Assembly: GCF_946479275.1 (NCBI RefSeq)
Contig: NZ_CAMLFE010000002.1
Location: 222,482 to 286,481, forward strand
Origin: an uncultured Bartonella sp.
GTDB taxonomy: Bacteria > Pseudomonadota > Alphaproteobacteria > Rhizobiales > Rhizobiaceae
DNA: 64,000 nt
Reading direction: 5' to 3'
In this document: positions 62,476 through 64,000 of the stretch, piece by piece
Numbering within the stretch: position 1 is the stretch's first letter
Layout of the letters: every line of letters begins with the position of its first letter
Translations under genes and position numbers: made by a program
Notes under the pieces: model-generated
Database searches by the model: none
Seen by the model: only the letters and a program-made list of their open reading frames with translations
What the model was told of the DNA's origin: nothing

Positions 62476-64000
62476 TCAACCTTGCCGTTCATTTTCAGCC
62501 AATGAAAGCTGTTTCAAATGATAGAGTTCTTCCAGAGCTTCCTTCGGTGAAAGCTCGTCAGGATTGATTGCCTTCAAGGCTTCTTCGATTTTTGACGTGT
62601 GATGGCTGTTTTCTGCTTCGCGCGCCAAAGCAACAGAAAAAAGTGGAAGATCATCAATCAGCTTGGCAGCTCTACCCGCAACTTCACCTTTTTCCAATTG
62701 ATGAAGCACATCTTTTGCCCGCGACAGAACGGCCGCCGGAAGGCCTGCAAGTTTTGCTACCTGCACCCCATAGGAACGGTCTGCCGCGCCATTTCCCACC
62801 TCGTGAAGAAAAACAACATCGCCGTTCCATTCTTTGACTTTCATCGTCACATTATGAAGGCGATCCAGTTTTTCGGTAAGTGCCGTCATTTCATGAAAAT
62901 GGGTCGCAAAAATTGCACGGCAATGATTGACTTCATGAAGATATTCGATGGCTGCCCAGGCAATGGAAAGCCCGTCGAATGTCGACGTTCCGCGGCCGAT
63001 TTCATCAAGAATAACCAATGAACGCTCGCCTGCCTGATTGAGAATTGTTGCCGTTTCCACCATTTCAACCATAAAAGTTGACCGACCATGAGCAAGATCA
63101 TCGGCAGCACCAACGCGGCTGAAAAGCCTGTCGACAACACCGATATGGGCTGAACCGGCGGGAACAAACGACCCCATTTGCGCCATAATGGCAATCAAGG
63201 CATTCTGACGCAAAAACGTTGATTTTCCCCCCATATTAGGGCCGGTGAGCAACCAAATCGCACCATATTTCGCACCATTTTTGGGAGAAAGATTACAATT
63301 ATTGGCAACAAACGGTTCTTTGGCCTGTTTTCTCAATGCCTGTTCAACCACCGGATGGCGGCCGGCGACAATCTCGAAATCAAGCGACTGGTCGACAATC
63401 GGTCGACAATAGCCCTGTTCTTCCGCAAGGCTGGCATTGGAGGCGGAAACATCAAAAACAGCAAGTGCCATAGCAGCTTGCCGGATAAAATCGGCTTTTT
63501 CGGAAATTTCCTCCACAAGCTTGTCAAACAATTCAAGCTCGATTGTCAAAGCCCGATCGGCTGCATTGGCAATGCGGCTTTCGAGATCGGCAAGTTCAGT
63601 TGTGGTAAAACGCATGGCATTTGCCATTGTCTGGCGATGGATAAAACGGCTTTTTGCTTCAGCCGTTTCTGTCAATGCCGGTGCCTGAAGGGCGGTGACT
63701 TCGATATAATAACCAAGAATATTATTATGGCGGATTTTAAGCGCTTTAACGCCCGTTTCTTCGGCATAGCGGCCTTGCAATTCGGCAATGAAGCGGCGCG
63801 ATTGATCCCTTAAGGTTCTCAGTTCATCAAGTTCCTGATTATAATTTTCGCGAACAAATCCCCCGTCCCGCTTCAACAAGGGCAAATCATCGGCAAGAAT
63901 ACGATCAAGGTGGCTGTGCAAATCAACAGGCAATTTTTCAAGGGTTGCAAAAGCATCACTTAACTCTTGCGGTAGAAGTTTACCCGCAAACAGGTTTCTC
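62476..64000 (-). CDS. mutS: DNA mismatch repair protein MutS, C-terminal part (gene runs off the right edge)
   Basis: Walker [34 protein letters not shown] and ATHFHE. The frame stays open upstream of the ORF-track TTG start to position 64000. Confidence 0.95.
   Translation of the reverse strand, partial: RNLFAGKLLPQELSDAFATLEKLPVDLHSHLDRILADDLPLLKRDGGFVRENYNQELDELRTLRDQSRRFIAELQGRYAEETGVKALKIRHNNILGYYIEVTALQAPALTETAEAKSRFIHRQTMANAMRFTTTELADLESRIANAADRALTIELELFDKLVEEISEKADFIRQAAMALAVFDVSASNASLAEEQGYCRPIVDQSLDFEIVAGRHPVVEQALRKQAKEPFVANNCNLSPKNGAKYGAIWLLTGPNMGGKSTFLRQNALIAIMAQMGSFVPAGSAHIGVVDRLFSRVGAADDLAHGRSTFMVEMVETATILNQAGERSLVILDEIGRGTSTFDGLSIAWAAIEYLHEVNHCRAIFATHFHEMTALTEKLDRLHNVTMKVKEWNGDVVFLHEVGNGAADRSYGVQVAKLAGLPAAVLSRAKDVLHQLEKGEVAGRAAKLIDDLPLFSVALAREAENSHHTSKIEEALKAINPDELSPKEALEELYHLKQLSLAENERQG

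Overview
This is a 64-kb chromosomal window from an alphaproteobacterium. Gene order and protein sequences look Hyphomicrobiales/Rhizobiales, Bartonellaceae/Brucellaceae-like, and the DNA is moderately AT-rich. I cannot confirm the taxon without a database search.

The content is overwhelmingly core housekeeping:
- infB(partial)-ylxR-nusA-rimP, then trmB-metK, then an XRE regulator
- the conserved lnt-corC-ybeY-phoH-miaB block, then rimI-tsaB
- dps, then cyoDCBA (cytochrome bo3 oxidase), then aroQ
- recF-dnaN-dnaA, rpsT, acnA
- ccmABCDG
- gcrA, argD-argF, hslO
- a class A PBP, then Smr, Tim44-like, fxsA and secB
- rpsA-cmk-aroA, a TIGR02300 (FYDLN_acid) protein, tRNA-Ala(GGC)
- bluB, ilvD, an acyl-CoA ligase/thiolase pair, and mutS(partial)

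24 of the 25 genes in 1-30454 are on the minus strand; dps is the only exception.

I found no CRISPR array, transposase, integrase, prophage genes or recognisable defence system.

The best candidate for an under-described system is a tightly coupled two-gene operon at 34003-36585. It encodes a GNAT acetyltransferase fused to a papain/C39-like thiol peptidase, followed by a RimK-type ATP-grasp amidoligase with an N-terminal extension. It lies divergent from a secreted transglutaminase-like cysteine peptidase (BTLCP) whose promoter region carries a perfect CtrA-box consensus.

Secondary points of interest:
- an extremely AT-rich block (about 13% GC) upstream of dps
- a 1.7-kb gene desert with frame-shifted HTH-like remnants between dps and the cyo operon
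- a promoter-plus-terminator leader in front of rimP-nusA-infB
- a perfect 17-bp palindrome between acnA and ccmA
- DnaA boxes upstream of dnaA
- four tandem 16-bp repeats next to tRNA-Ala
- a perfect-frame 21-bp tandem duplication inside the acyl-CoA ligase gene

All functional calls come from motif and family recognition by eye plus synteny. No searches were run.
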